From positions 2,368,001-2,432,000 of the forward strand of contig CBDIID010000003.1 in NCBI GenBank assembly GCA_965279515.1: DNA of 64,000 nucleotides, given 5' to 3'. Shown one piece after another: positions 18,992-28,658 of this stretch; positions within the stretch are counted from its first letter, which is position 1; each line of letters begins with the position of its first letter. A program made the translations under genes and the position numbers. The notes below the pieces were generated by a model that was not told the DNA's origin, made no database searches, and worked only from the letters and a program-made list of their open reading frames with translations. Source of the DNA: Turneriella sp. (GTDB lineage Bacteria; Spirochaetota; Leptospiria; Turneriellales; Turneriellaceae).

Positions 18992-20119
18992 TTAAGGGGG
19001 CGGTTGCACCGCCCCCTTAGGAACCCCCGCCGGCAGAGTTATGTCTCTCCAGTTGTAGTTATCTTTTCGCATTTTCCAGATGAAGCCATCTATGACATAA
19101 TGCGTAATCTGTGGGACTGACAGCAGTGGCACGATAATTTTCAGCCAGGGCGAGCCGGCATCGACCGTGCCGAGCGCCGAGTGAAATATTCCGAAGAAGG
19201 CTGCATGCTCTTTGTCGTGCCAGACCCAGGCATTCCACAGACCCTCTTCCAAATAGGCGAGGATTAACAACGAAACTACAAATAATGCGACATAACGCGG
19301 CCGGAAAATATTCCTAACCCCCCAGCCCCCCTTGTAGAAAGGGTTGTATTTCTTATTACCATAAATCCAGACGAGCGCCATATAAGGCACGCCATGCGAA
19401 ACGACATTGATCGCTGTGAAGGCAAGATCAGAGTTAAAGTGCACGATGCCCACATACCACGACAGAAAGGTTCCTGCGAGAATGCCATTGCGTGGAATGT
19501 TCACGGAGCGGGTTTTTAAAATCTGCCGAATCTCTTTCACAAGATAGGTGAGAATAACCGCTGAATAAAGAAGGAACAGAACCTTACGCAATCCTACTTC
19601 AGGCAAATAGACAAAATCGCCCTTCATGAACCAGTTGAAATTCTTCTGACCCGCGAGATGCCAGTCGAGTATGGGATAAATCGTCGCCGTGTAGATCGCG
19701 AGGGCGTCGAGGCGCCGCAGCCACGGCGTCTGATTTTCAGAGCGCGCATAGACGCGCATGAAACCATACTGCTGGCGCGCGAAGTGAAAGACTGCGAGAT
19801 AGGCCATCACGCGCCAAAACGTGAGCGCGCCGAGACTATAGAGGCTCATGCAGACGACGAAGACGGCAAACGGCAACAGATAAAGAAACGTGCGGTGCAG
19901 CTTATGCGTCTCAGGATCGAGGTAGGTGCGGTAGAGTGTGCTGTAGACATGGCTGACGTCGACACCCATAACAAGTATCGCCCAGCTGACAACCGTCATC
20001 GAATCGGGCTCGCCGAACGTCGCCGGCATGAGCAGCGCCGCAGCGACGATAAAGAAGGGAACACCAATAATGAAGATGCCGTCAACGACCCCTGAATAAA
20101 TCCAAGGCTGCTTTTGCAT
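18992..20119 (-). CDS. Hypothetical polytopic membrane protein
   Basis: About 8-9 hydrophobic segments; His motifs SHVYSTL, FHFARQQYG, SHGVPY, THYVIDGFIWK. Confidence 0.85.
   Translation of the reverse strand: MQKQPWIYSGVVDGIFIIGVPFFIVAAALLMPATFGEPDSMTVVSWAILVMGVDVSHVYSTLYRTYLDPETHKLHRTFLYLLPFAVFVVCMSLYSLGALTFWRVMAYLAVFHFARQQYGFMRVYARSENQTPWLRRLDALAIYTATIYPILDWHLAGQKNFNWFMKGDFVYLPEVGLRKVLFLLYSAVILTYLVKEIRQILKTRSVNIPRNGILAGTFLSWYVGIVHFNSDLAFTAINVVSHGVPYMALVWIYGNKKYNPFYKGGWGVRNIFRPRYVALFVVSLLILAYLEEGLWNAWVWHDKEHAAFFGIFHSALGTVDAGSPWLKIIVPLLSVPQITHYVIDGFIWKMRKDNYNWRDITLPAGVPKGAVQPPP
18993..19019. repeat. Perfect 12-bp hairpin, family B, overlapping a gene 3' end
   Basis: TAAGGGGGCGGT-tgc-ACCGCCCCCTTA. 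Confidence 0.75.
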
Positions 20120-20133
20120 TTTGACCGGGGTTG

Positions 20134-20158
20134 TTAAGGGGCACGGAGTGCCCCTTAA
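20134..20158. repeat. Perfect 11-bp hairpin, family B
   Basis: TTAAGGGGCAC-gga-GTGCCCCTTAA. Confidence 0.75.
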
Positions 20159-20160
20159 GA

Positions 20161-21228
20161 TTAACCTAAGGAATCACACTTCGCGCCGCCGATAATCCGC
20201 ACCTTCAGTTTTTTCACCGAGCCATCGGCGGCAGCGCGCCACTGCGCCTCGGGATATGCACAGGCATGCTTTTTGTCAGGCTTTTTGACTTCCGTCATGT
20301 TGAGTGTATACGTCTCGCTGCGGCCCGCTTCGCGCTCGCAGCCGAGACAGGTGCCTGACCGGATAAAGACCTGTGGCCAGACGGGCTGCTGCGCAAGGCC
20401 GCCTGTAGCAACGATGTTGCGCTCATGGCCCCAGCGGTTCACGCGGTAATAACACTTATCGCCGTATACGGGTGCGTCTTTGTATTTCGTATTGCAACGT
20501 TTCTCTTTCTTAAACGTGCCGTTACCTTTGTCGACGCGCGCCATGGAGCAGGTTTCACCGTCAGCGACTTTGTTGTGCGAGCGCACTTCTTGTTTGTGGA
20601 TGATCAGATAGGCGTCAAACGGCATGGCATCACACCAGCTGGTTTGCGACCTTCCTTTATAAGACTCTATCTTCACGGTTTTTTCCCAGACATGGCTGTC
20701 GATCTTCACCTCGATCGAGCGTGAGACAAAGATGAGCGTGATGATGGTGGCGAGGGCCGCCGCGACGCCGCCACCAATATAATACCATTTTTTGTTCGAT
20801 TTGGGTGGCTCGGTTATCGGGGGAGTGCCGCTCTTTTGCGCATCGAAGTCCGCTTTGGCGGTCGCTTTCGATTCGGCCGCGAACCCCCCGACTCCGGCGA
20901 CCTGTTCAGAGCGCAGCGAAACCGTCTTCGCGTCTTTCATGGGTGAGCCGCACTGCGTACAGAACTCGGCCTTCGCCGCATTCGCAGTCTGGCAATTGCC
21001 GCACTTCTTATCGGCCCCGGTGTATTCGTGGTCTGCGACGGCAATCGCCTCTTCGTCCGAGGGAAAATAGCGGGCGCTGGTATCCTGCGCAGCACCGCAG
21101 CTCGGACAGAACTTATGCGTTAACCCCAGGAGTTTTTTGGTACCGCAATACTTGCAGTCCCAGAGCATCTGGTATGTGCCTTCTTCTTCGACGCGGTCAA
21201 AGCCGCCATCCTTGGGTTCGTTCGCCAT
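20161..21228 (-). CDS. Double zinc-ribbon membrane-anchored protein
   Basis: Start moved to ATG 21228; WDCKYC..CPSCG and CGNC..CTQCG pairs, one TM, Cys-rich C-terminal domain. Confidence 0.8.
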   Translation of the reverse strand: MANEPKDGGFDRVEEEGTYQMLWDCKYCGTKKLLGLTHKFCPSCGAAQDTSARYFPSDEEAIAVADHEYTGADKKCGNCQTANAAKAEFCTQCGSPMKDAKTVSLRSEQVAGVGGFAAESKATAKADFDAQKSGTPPITEPPKSNKKWYYIGGGVAAALATIITLIFVSRSIEVKIDSHVWEKTVKIESYKGRSQTSWCDAMPFDAYLIIHKQEVRSHNKVADGETCSMARVDKGNGTFKKEKRCNTKYKDAPVYGDKCYYRVNRWGHERNIVATGGLAQQPVWPQVFIRSGTCLGCEREAGRSETYTLNMTEVKKPDKKHACAYPEAQWRAAADGSVKKLKVRIIGGAKCDSLG

Positions 21229-21318
21229 GGATAAAGATACTGCCGCGCTTCGCCATGTCAATGATTTAGAATGACCAATTTCGTAGCGACGCGCCAAAAC
21301 GAGGTTACCGCATGGCGC

Positions 21319-22251
21319 ATGCGCATTCTGTTCTTCTGCATCTTTATGGCGGGTACGACCCTTTTTCCCTGGGGCATACGGGGACACCGCATTGTCGCGC
21401 GCATCGCTGAGAACCACCTGACGGAAAATGCCCGCCAAAAGGTGACGGAACTCCTGAAAGAAGACACTCTCACCAAAGTGGCCAATGAAGCCGATAGCTA
21501 TCGCTCCCAGTCTAAATGGAAGTGCGCTGCACCGTTCCACTATGTCAGCATCGAGGATAAAGAAATCTATCTCAATGCCCAAAAGGCGGCGGGGGGCGAC
21601 ATCGTGCGCGCCCTCGTCTACTTTGAGGATGTGCTGCGCGACAAAAAATCCAAACCTGTTGCGAAAGCTCTCGCGCTCAAATGGCTGGTGCATCTGGTCG
21701 GCGACATACACCAGCCGCTGCACGTTGGCCGCGCCTGCGACCGCGGCGGCAATTCAACCGAAGTCAGCTGGTTCAAGGCAAAGTCAAATCTGCATAAGGT
21801 GTGGGATGTCGAACTCATCAACTATGAAGAACTGAGTTTCAGCGAATACGCGACCGAGATCGACAAGGCCGATGAGAAAACACTTGCGGCATGGTCGACA
21901 TCGAACTATCTCGACTGGACGGCTGAGGCGCAGACGGTACGCACGCAGATCTATACCTGCCTCAGCAAAGACGGATGCAAAGCGGCGGCGGCATTCGGTT
22001 CCTGCGAAAAAAAATCTACCGAACCCGTACCGAATCTCGAATACGCCTATATCGAAAAAAACCGCGAACTGTTAAACCGCCAGTTGCTGAAAGCGGGGAT
22101 CCGCCTCGCTGCCTTGCTGAACCGCATCTTTGCCGATTCGCCGTTCACCACAAGTGAAATGAAGGCACGCAGCGAAATGGACGCACTCAAAACCGAAACG
22201 CCGAACCCCGTCGAAGAATGTATAGAGAAAGCACTCGAGACTTCACGTTAG
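21319..22251 (+). CDS. S1/P1 family nuclease, exported
   Basis: Signal peptide then WGIRGH; HLVGDIHQPLH, DRGGN, NLHKVWD, AGIRLAALLN. Confidence 0.93.
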   Translation: MRILFFCIFMAGTTLFPWGIRGHRIVARIAENHLTENARQKVTELLKEDTLTKVANEADSYRSQSKWKCAAPFHYVSIEDKEIYLNAQKAAGGDIVRALVYFEDVLRDKKSKPVAKALALKWLVHLVGDIHQPLHVGRACDRGGNSTEVSWFKAKSNLHKVWDVELINYEELSFSEYATEIDKADEKTLAAWSTSNYLDWTAEAQTVRTQIYTCLSKDGCKAAAAFGSCEKKSTEPVPNLEYAYIEKNRELLNRQLLKAGIRLAALLNRIFADSPFTTSEMKARSEMDALKTETPNPVEECIEKALETSR

Positions 22252-22254
22252 ATT

Positions 22255-23262
22255 TTGGCAAAGCCGTCTGACATCCGTAATTTCTTAGCGGGCGGCGCAC
22301 CGGTCATCGACGTGCGCAGTGAGGGCGAATTTGCCGCGGGTCATATTCCCGGGGCGATATCGCTTCCCCTCTTTAATAACACCGAGCGCGCAGAGATCGG
22401 TACACTCTACAAACAACAAGGCAGGCAAACCGCCATACTCAAGGGTTTGGAATATGCCGGGGCTAAGATGCAGACTCTGGCGTCAAACGGCCTCGCGCTG
22501 GCAAAGGATGGCAAGATCGCCGTGCATTGCTGGCGCGGCGGTATGCGCTCGTCATCGGTGGCCTGGCTGCTCGAAGGTGTCGGCCTCGATGTCAAGGTTC
22601 TGGAAGGCGGTTATAAATCATACCGCCGGCTCTGCCTTGAGCTCTTTGCCGTACCGCGTAGGCTTACGATCATCGGTGGCAAGACAGGTTCCAAAAAAAC
22701 CGACATCCTCAATGAACTGCAAGGCGTGGCAGCGCAAACGCTCGATCTCGAGGCACTCGCCAACCACCGCGGTTCGGCCTTCGGTTATGCCACTGACGGC
22801 ACGCAGCCAACGCAGGAACAGTTTGAAAACGACCTGGGCATGGTGCTCTTTAAATCCGATGCCGACAGACCTTTGCTTGTCGAAGACGAGAGCCGGCTTC
22901 TGGGGCGATTGCACATACCCGATCCATTCTGGTTTCAAATGCGCGCGGCCCCGGTCTGGGTGCTCGAATGGCCGATCGAAAAACGTATTGAACATCTGAT
23001 GGCCGACTATGAGGCCCCCGCGGAGAAAATCCGCGCGAACCTCAAAGCCATCCACAAGCGGCTCGGCATGGAGCGCTATAAAACCGCTCTGACGGCGCTC
23101 GATGAGGGGCGGCTCGATGAAGTCTGCCGCACGGTTCTCGATTATTACGACCGCGCCTATGCCTATGGCCTGAGTGTACGCGATCCATCCACATTAAGTT
23201 ATTTACCCGGTGAAACCGCCCGCGAAGAAATTCAGAGAAAACTGTCATGCAAGTCCGCTTAA
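22255..23262 (+). CDS. mnmH: tRNA 2-selenouridine synthase
   Basis: Rhodanese IDVRSEGEF..GHIPGA, CWRGGMRS; P-loop GKTGSKKT; DLEALANHRGSAFG; TTG start. Confidence 0.95.
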   Translation: MAKPSDIRNFLAGGAPVIDVRSEGEFAAGHIPGAISLPLFNNTERAEIGTLYKQQGRQTAILKGLEYAGAKMQTLASNGLALAKDGKIAVHCWRGGMRSSSVAWLLEGVGLDVKVLEGGYKSYRRLCLELFAVPRRLTIIGGKTGSKKTDILNELQGVAAQTLDLEALANHRGSAFGYATDGTQPTQEQFENDLGMVLFKSDADRPLLVEDESRLLGRLHIPDPFWFQMRAAPVWVLEWPIEKRIEHLMADYEAPAEKIRANLKAIHKRLGMERYKTALTALDEGRLDEVCRTVLDYYDRAYAYGLSVRDPSTLSYLPGETAREEIQRKLSCKSA

Positions 23263-24281
23263 CCCAATACAGTCACGGCGCCGGCTGTGGCTGCAAAATT
23301 TCGCCCGGTGTGCTCACGGAAATCCTGAAAGGCAACATGGTATTTCCGACGGCGAATGTCATCGTCGGCAACTCAGACCGCGACGACGCCGCGGCCTACC
23401 TGCTGGGCCACGACCAGGTTCTGCTCTCGACAACGGACTTCTTCATGCCGGTCGTCGACGATGCCTTCGACTTTGGGCGCATCGCCGCAGCGAACGCGAT
23501 CTCTGATATCTATGCGATGGGCGGGCGGCCGATTCTTGCGCTGGCCATTCTCGGCTGGCCGATTGCGAAATTGCCGGTAGAAGTCGCCAACCGCGTTATT
23601 GCCGGCGCGCGTGAAATCGCTGCCGAGGCAGGTATCACCATCGCTGGCGGCCACAGTATCGACGCAGAAGAACCGATCTTCGGTCTTTCCGTCAACGGCC
23701 TTGTGTCGCCAAAGCATCTCAAACGCAATTCCACAGCTGAAGCCGGGGATATCCTCATTCTCACAAAGCCGCTCGGCATTGGCATCCATACCACGGCGCT
23801 GAAAAAATCCCTCCTTAAGAGTGAGCATGAAGGCCTCGCTGTTAAAGAGATGACCACGCTGAATAAAATGGGCCGTGAGCTGGCGGAGCTCCCCGGTGTG
23901 CATGCCATCACCGATGTGACAGGCTTTGGCCTCGCCGGGCATCTTCTCGAAATGATCACGCCGCGCAAACTGTCGGCAGAAATTGAGTTCGCCAGGCTGC
24001 CACTGCTGCCCGGCCTCGAAGACTATGTAACTTTGAAAGCTGTACCAGGCGGCACCGGGCGAAACTTCGATAGTTTCGGGGATCGCCTGACCGGCGTCGC
24101 AGACGAATACCGGCGCGCGGTTGTCTGCGATCCGCAAACTTCGGGGGGATTGCTCGTGGCCATAAAACCTGATGCCCTGAAAGATGTCGAAGCCGCTTTT
24201 GCGAAGGCGGGAATATCCGATAAAATGCCTGTGATTGGGAAAATTGTCTCGAAGGCAACAACAGAGATATGCTTCAGGTAA
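23247..24281 (+). CDS. selD: Selenide, water dikinase (Cys form)
   Basis: RLTQYSHGAGCGCKISP, TTDFFMP, ANAISDIYAMGG, TDVTGFGL, DPQTSGGLL. Confidence 0.97.
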   Translation: MQVRLTQYSHGAGCGCKISPGVLTEILKGNMVFPTANVIVGNSDRDDAAAYLLGHDQVLLSTTDFFMPVVDDAFDFGRIAAANAISDIYAMGGRPILALAILGWPIAKLPVEVANRVIAGAREIAAEAGITIAGGHSIDAEEPIFGLSVNGLVSPKHLKRNSTAEAGDILILTKPLGIGIHTTALKKSLLKSEHEGLAVKEMTTLNKMGRELAELPGVHAITDVTGFGLAGHLLEMITPRKLSAEIEFARLPLLPGLEDYVTLKAVPGGTGRNFDSFGDRLTGVADEYRRAVVCDPQTSGGLLVAIKPDALKDVEAAFAKAGISDKMPVIGKIVSKATTEICFR

Positions 24282-24320
24282 AAACATTGACGGCGCTCGA
24301 TTAAGTAGCGACTTTGAATC

Positions 24321-24500
24321 ATGCAGAAAGAGGCTTTAGTATCAACGATTGCAGCCTTACCTGGCGAGGTCGACGCGGAAGACGTAATTGAAAAAATTCT
24401 CTTCTTGAAAAATCTCGAAATTGCCGTCGAACAAGCAGATTCGCGTATCCTACTCACTGAGCCCGAGCTCAAAGCTCGTCTCGGCAAATGGCTGAGTTGA
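24321..24500 (+). CDS. Small antitoxin-like protein (59 aa, absent from the ORF track)
   Basis: MQKEALVSTIAALPGEVDAEDVIEKILFLKNLEIAVEQADSRILLTEPELKARLGKWLS; acidic; overlaps the toxin start. Confidence 0.75.
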   Translation: MQKEALVSTIAALPGEVDAEDVIEKILFLKNLEIAVEQADSRILLTEPELKARLGKWLS

Positions 24501-24765
24501 GGTTTACGCCCAAATTTGGTGAAGACCTCTCGAATATCGCCGAATTCATCCAACAAGACTCGCGGATTCTTGCCAAAGAATTTGTAAAACGAGTTTTTTC
24601 CCGACTTGAACAATTAAAAGAAAATCCGGAAATCGGTCGTATCGTACCCGAAACCAATCACCCGCGCATCAGGGAAATTTTTCATGGGAATTACCGGATT
24701 GGTACCGCTTAAAAGACAATTTTGTGGAATTATTGATGATCCGGCACGGAGCTCGCCTCCGCTAA
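24488..24765 (+). pseudogene. RelE/ParE family toxin with a 1-nt frameshift at about 24701
   Basis: ...PEIGRIVPE...IREIFHGNYRI then stop at 24712; the expected tail YRLKDNFVELLMIRHGARLR-stop is in another frame at 24703-24765. Confidence 0.8.
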
Positions 24766-24846
24766 ATTCCTCCCTTTTTGTGGTTTTCAACCCCCATCCT
24801 GCAAATTAAAATGAACCTTATGGCAAATAAGGCGTCCAAAATGCAT

Positions 24847-26226
24847 ATGAAACCCCGGTTCGGTTTACGCAGCGCAATCCTCATCACGATACTGGCCCTT
24901 TCGACACAGCTCGGCGCACATATCGAACTCGTGACTGTGCCGAAGAGCCAGTCGGTGCAGCTCACAATTTACAACAGCGCCGACATCACGATGGTGAAAG
25001 AGTCACGCGAGCTGACCTTTAAGCCCGGGGTCAATACCATCCAGTTTTCGTGGGCGGGTACCCTGATCGACCCGACGTCGCTGCGCCTCACCTTTCTCAC
25101 ACAAAAGTCGAAACTCAACCTGCGCGACACCTCGTTTCCCCCAGGCCGCACCGATGCGCTGCAATGGAACATCGACAGCGAAATTTCAGGCTCAGCGAAG
25201 GTCGAGATCAACTATTTCACTTCGGGTATCACGTGGAGCGCCGATTACACCTCGATCACAAACACCAATGAAAATAAGATGGGGCTCGACGGCTATATCC
25301 GCGTCATCAATAATTCAGGTGAGGATTACCCCAATGCGGAAGTCCGCCTCGTCGTGGGCACGGTTAACCTCGTCGAAGACATTGCCGGTTTGGCCCAAGG
25401 CAAGTGGCGTTATGCCGATCTCGACGAAGAGAAGCGCGACCGCGTGCGCAATGGTTTTAAAAAGAAAATGAAGCGCGCCGAGGCGGCCAAGATGGCGATG
25501 GACAACGAAGATGCGGCGCCGATGCCCGCAGCGCCTGCCAGTGTATCACAGCCGAAAGAAATCGTCAAAGAAGGTCTTTCCGAATATTTTCTCTTCACCG
25601 TTGAAGGCAAAGAGAAAATTCCCAATGGTTGGCAGAAGCGCCTCAAGGCATTTAGCGCAAAAGATGTCGATGTCAAAGTTATCTACAAGGCTTCAGACCG
25701 CATGACCGGCGGCACTGTGCACAAGTTCTATGAGTTTCGCAATGTCAAAGAAAAGGGCCAGGATCCCAAAACCAGCCTCGGCGTGTCACCACTGCCCGAC
25801 GGCACCGTGCACATCTTCTCTGAAGATGCCAAGAACAACCTGTCTTACCAGGGCGGCGTCTATATGAAATATGTCGCCACCGGCGACAAGGTCAAGCTCG
25901 ACGCCGGCGAAACGCGCGAGGTAGTCCTGCGCACATTTACGCGTGACTTCAAGCGTTATGGCTTCGTCACCGATACGCGCTACGACAAGTCACACTATGT
26001 CAAAGCGTGGATGGACGAATATTTCTACGAGCATGAACTCGAGAATACTATGGCCCGCGCCGTCAGCGTCGAGATCGAACGCACCTTCCCCGGCAATTTC
26101 GAGGGCGGCAAACTTCCTTTTAAATACGAAAAAATCGATTCGATGACGATCAAATTTTTCCCCGAGGCTGAAGCCCGGGAAAAGAAGAAGATCCCGTATT
26201 CGGTCAAGATTGAGCACAAGGAGTAA
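24847..26226 (+). CDS. DUF4139-like exported protein
   Basis: QLTIYNSADIT, Y.TSGITWSADY, VINNSGEDYPNAEVRLVVG, PLPDG.V; start uncertain (24811, 24841 or 24847). Confidence 0.8.
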   Translation: MKPRFGLRSAILITILALSTQLGAHIELVTVPKSQSVQLTIYNSADITMVKESRELTFKPGVNTIQFSWAGTLIDPTSLRLTFLTQKSKLNLRDTSFPPGRTDALQWNIDSEISGSAKVEINYFTSGITWSADYTSITNTNENKMGLDGYIRVINNSGEDYPNAEVRLVVGTVNLVEDIAGLAQGKWRYADLDEEKRDRVRNGFKKKMKRAEAAKMAMDNEDAAPMPAAPASVSQPKEIVKEGLSEYFLFTVEGKEKIPNGWQKRLKAFSAKDVDVKVIYKASDRMTGGTVHKFYEFRNVKEKGQDPKTSLGVSPLPDGTVHIFSEDAKNNLSYQGGVYMKYVATGDKVKLDAGETREVVLRTFTRDFKRYGFVTDTRYDKSHYVKAWMDEYFYEHELENTMARAVSVEIERTFPGNFEGGKLPFKYEKIDSMTIKFFPEAEAREKKKIPYSVKIEHKE

Positions 26227-26229
26227 TGT

Positions 26230-27426
26230 ATGTTAAATTTGAAAAACCCCACCCCCAACCCCTCCCCTAATAGGGGAGGGGTGCCGAAGGCGGGGAGGGG
26301 TCTCATCCTCCTCGCCGCACTCACCCTCACGGGCAGCCTCTTCGCCCGCACCAAACTCGTGACGATGCCGCAGCGCGAATACACGCGCATCGACCTCAAG
26401 AACCCTAACCAGACTATCGTTGAGGAAGAACGCACGGTGAGTTTGCAGGCCGGCACGAACCAGGTCGAATACGCCTTTTCGGGCGTCGCGGTCGACATCA
26501 ACAGCATCCAGTTCAGGCCGATCAAGACGCCTGGTACGGTGCGCGTGATCAACGTCAACTATCCACCGGGTGAGAATGCGCTCTTTTGGGAAGTGTTCTC
26601 TGACAAAGCGGGCCCGGGTGTCTTTCGTATCTCTTACCTGATACAGAACCTGCACCGCACGACTGCGTACGAAGCCGTGATCGGCAAAGACGAAAAGACG
26701 CTCGATCTTAAGGCGCACACCATGGTGCAGAACGGCTCGGGCGAACATTTTGCCAGTGCCGAGATTTCAAGCGTGATCGGCAAACCGTACAACGGCGGCC
26801 TGTTGCAGGGCGAATCCAAAAAGATCCAGGCATTCTCGGCGGGGGATGTCAAATTCACGAAGAAGTTTTTCTACGACCAGTCGCATTCCAGCGAAGTCGC
26901 GCTGATCTATGAGGTCCGCAACGATAAAGCTTCAGGCCTGCCCGAAACCATGCTGCCCAACGGTAAGGCGCGGGTCTACCAGGAAGACTCGCAGGGTTCA
27001 GAAGCCTTCTTAGGCGAAGACTGGACACAGGAAACCGGCGCGGGCCAGAAACTCGAGCTCAAGCTTGGCCAGGCAAAGGAAGTCAAGGTCACACGGACCA
27101 TCGTGAAGAAAAAAGAAGAAGTGGTGAAACTCCCGATCAAGAATTACCACCAGACAGTGCGCTACCAGATCGAGAACTTTAAAGACAGCTCTGTACCACT
27201 GACTGTGGTCGAACACCCCGGCGGTGAATGGGTTGTCGACGACATCGATGTGAAAGAAGAAAGCGGCGAAAGGGACGAGATCCGCGAGAAATCCTACTCA
27301 ACCGATGTGAAGCAGGAACGCATCGATCTCGACAACCTCAAGCTGCACATACAGGTACCGGCCAATGGCCGTGAGAAAAAGAAACTGAATGTCTATGTGA
27401 AACTGATCTTAAAGAACCGCTGGTAA
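26230..27426 (+). CDS. DUF4139-like exported protein, paralog; N-terminus derived from a repeat
   Basis: EEERTVSLQAGTNQV, VQNGSGE, LPNGKARVYQED; AAGGAG RBS before ATG 26230. Confidence 0.8.
   Translation: MLNLKNPTPNPSPNRGGVPKAGRGLILLAALTLTGSLFARTKLVTMPQREYTRIDLKNPNQTIVEEERTVSLQAGTNQVEYAFSGVAVDINSIQFRPIKTPGTVRVINVNYPPGENALFWEVFSDKAGPGVFRISYLIQNLHRTTAYEAVIGKDEKTLDLKAHTMVQNGSGEHFASAEISSVIGKPYNGGLLQGESKKIQAFSAGDVKFTKKFFYDQSHSSEVALIYEVRNDKASGLPETMLPNGKARVYQEDSQGSEAFLGEDWTQETGAGQKLELKLGQAKEVKVTRTIVKKKEEVVKLPIKNYHQTVRYQIENFKDSSVPLTVVEHPGGEWVVDDIDVKEESGERDEIREKSYSTDVKQERIDLDNLKLHIQVPANGREKKKLNVYVKLILKNRW
26245..26301. repeat. REP-like element, family A, inside a CDS N-terminus
   Basis: AACCCCACCCCCAACCCCTCCCC-TAATA-GGGGAGGGGTGCCGAAGGCGGGGAGGGG. 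Confidence 0.85.
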
Positions 27427-27433
27427 CACAGCG

Positions 27434-27509
27434 CCCCTAACCCCCCGCCCTTCCCCCAAGTCTGGGGGAAGGGAGCTAAGAAAACTCTTTTCCCCTCCCC
27501 AGACTTGGG
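27434..27509. repeat. REP-like element, family A, between convergent genes
   Basis: CCCTTCCCCCAAGTCTGGGGGAAGGG (27448-27473) is the exact reverse complement of 59390-59415. Confidence 0.85.
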
Positions 27510-27516
27510 TCGAACG

Positions 27517-28554
27517 TTAATTCGAAACCGAACCGATCGTTCCCCTGAAATAAGAACCCATAAGCGTCTTAATCGTTGCTGTTGGATCCTGCATATAGTG
27601 GTAGTGGTACGTTGCTGTGGATAAGTGGCGTGTGGTTGTCGTGTGGCCGTGCAGGCGATCGAGCGAAGTCTGCGTGCCACTCTGTGTGACAGAATCCGTC
27701 GTGGCAGTGCCTGTCGCCGAACTGGTATTTGCTGTCGGCGTATAATCATCGCCTGTGCCGACTGTGCCATTGTCGCATTGTTCGGCGTAGATGAGATAAC
27801 CGTCGAGCGCCACACCGAGCAGCGTTGAATCGGTCATCGTTGCGGAGAGTTTCGTTACCGCGGCGTGGTGGTGGTAGACACCGCCGTTCTGTGGGTGGCC
27901 GCCAAAAGCATCGAATGTTGTCGCTTCGGTCGAAAGGTTATCCGGCGGCGCAGCGGCGTTGTTGAAAATCGCGAGGCCATTGGTCGTGATGCCGATCGAA
28001 ACAAGACCGCCCTGCGAACTTGTCAGGGTTCCGGTTTTCAGCGTCGGTGTTGCCGGTATTGTGTAGACGATGCTTTGGCTCGCGATCACATTGGTGCCCG
28101 CGGAAATATTGGCTCCGGGCAGGGCCGCCCACAGCGTTGCATTCTGGCCGCTGGAGCAGGTAGTGGAACCGGCGCCGTGCGCTGCGCACCAGTAAAAACT
28201 CGTATGGTTCGGCAGATTGGCGGATTTGAAAATATAGTTTGTACCCGAAGTATAGCCGATCTGGCAGGTGAAGTTGCCTGTGGCCCACGAGGGGAGATCC
28301 GACGAAATCGCGGTATTGACGTTGGTAATACAACCCGACGTGCCGTTCAGGGTCGCGCTCGATACCGCAATCGTTGCGCTTGTTGCCGAAGACCCGCAGG
28401 CTGTGGTGTTTGAGGTACTGCCTGTGCAGCTGCTACTGGAGGTCGTCGTGCTGGTGCTCGTGGTGGAATCGGTCGTCGAAGACGACGTCCCGGAAGTATT
28501 GCCGCATGAGGCTAGCAGCACCAGAGCCGTTAATGTCAGGATGTTTTTGTACAT
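27517..28554 (-). CDS. YHYH-domain lipoprotein
   Basis: AAGGAG RBS; LLASC lipobox; Ser/Thr linker; GGHPQNGGVYHHH, GVALDGYLIY, LDRLHGH, YHYH. Confidence 0.85.
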   Translation of the reverse strand: MYKNILTLTALVLLASCGNTSGTSSSTTDSTTSTSTTTSSSSCTGSTSNTTACGSSATSATIAVSSATLNGTSGCITNVNTAISSDLPSWATGNFTCQIGYTSGTNYIFKSANLPNHTSFYWCAAHGAGSTTCSSGQNATLWAALPGANISAGTNVIASQSIVYTIPATPTLKTGTLTSSQGGLVSIGITTNGLAIFNNAAAPPDNLSTEATTFDAFGGHPQNGGVYHHHAAVTKLSATMTDSTLLGVALDGYLIYAEQCDNGTVGTGDDYTPTANTSSATGTATTDSVTQSGTQTSLDRLHGHTTTTRHLSTATYHYHYMQDPTATIKTLMGSYFRGTIGSVSN

Positions 28555-28658
28555 GTTTATCTCCTTTCCGATGCGGAGGCGGTTTGAGGCCAAACCGGAC
28601 ATGTTTTCCGCAGTTCTAAAATGCTTTGCGCCGAAAGCGGGTTATTAACACCGCACGT

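Noticed and set aside
21229..21723. N-terminal 165 aa of the 520-aa track ORF overlapping the S1/P1 nuclease antisense
   Set aside because: It is a shadow extension; ATG 21228 gives a coherent zinc-ribbon protein and a normal divergent gap.
23283..23297. Possible selenocysteine codon in selD
   Set aside because: The codons are GGC TGT GGC TGC AAA (Cys), with no in-frame TGA.
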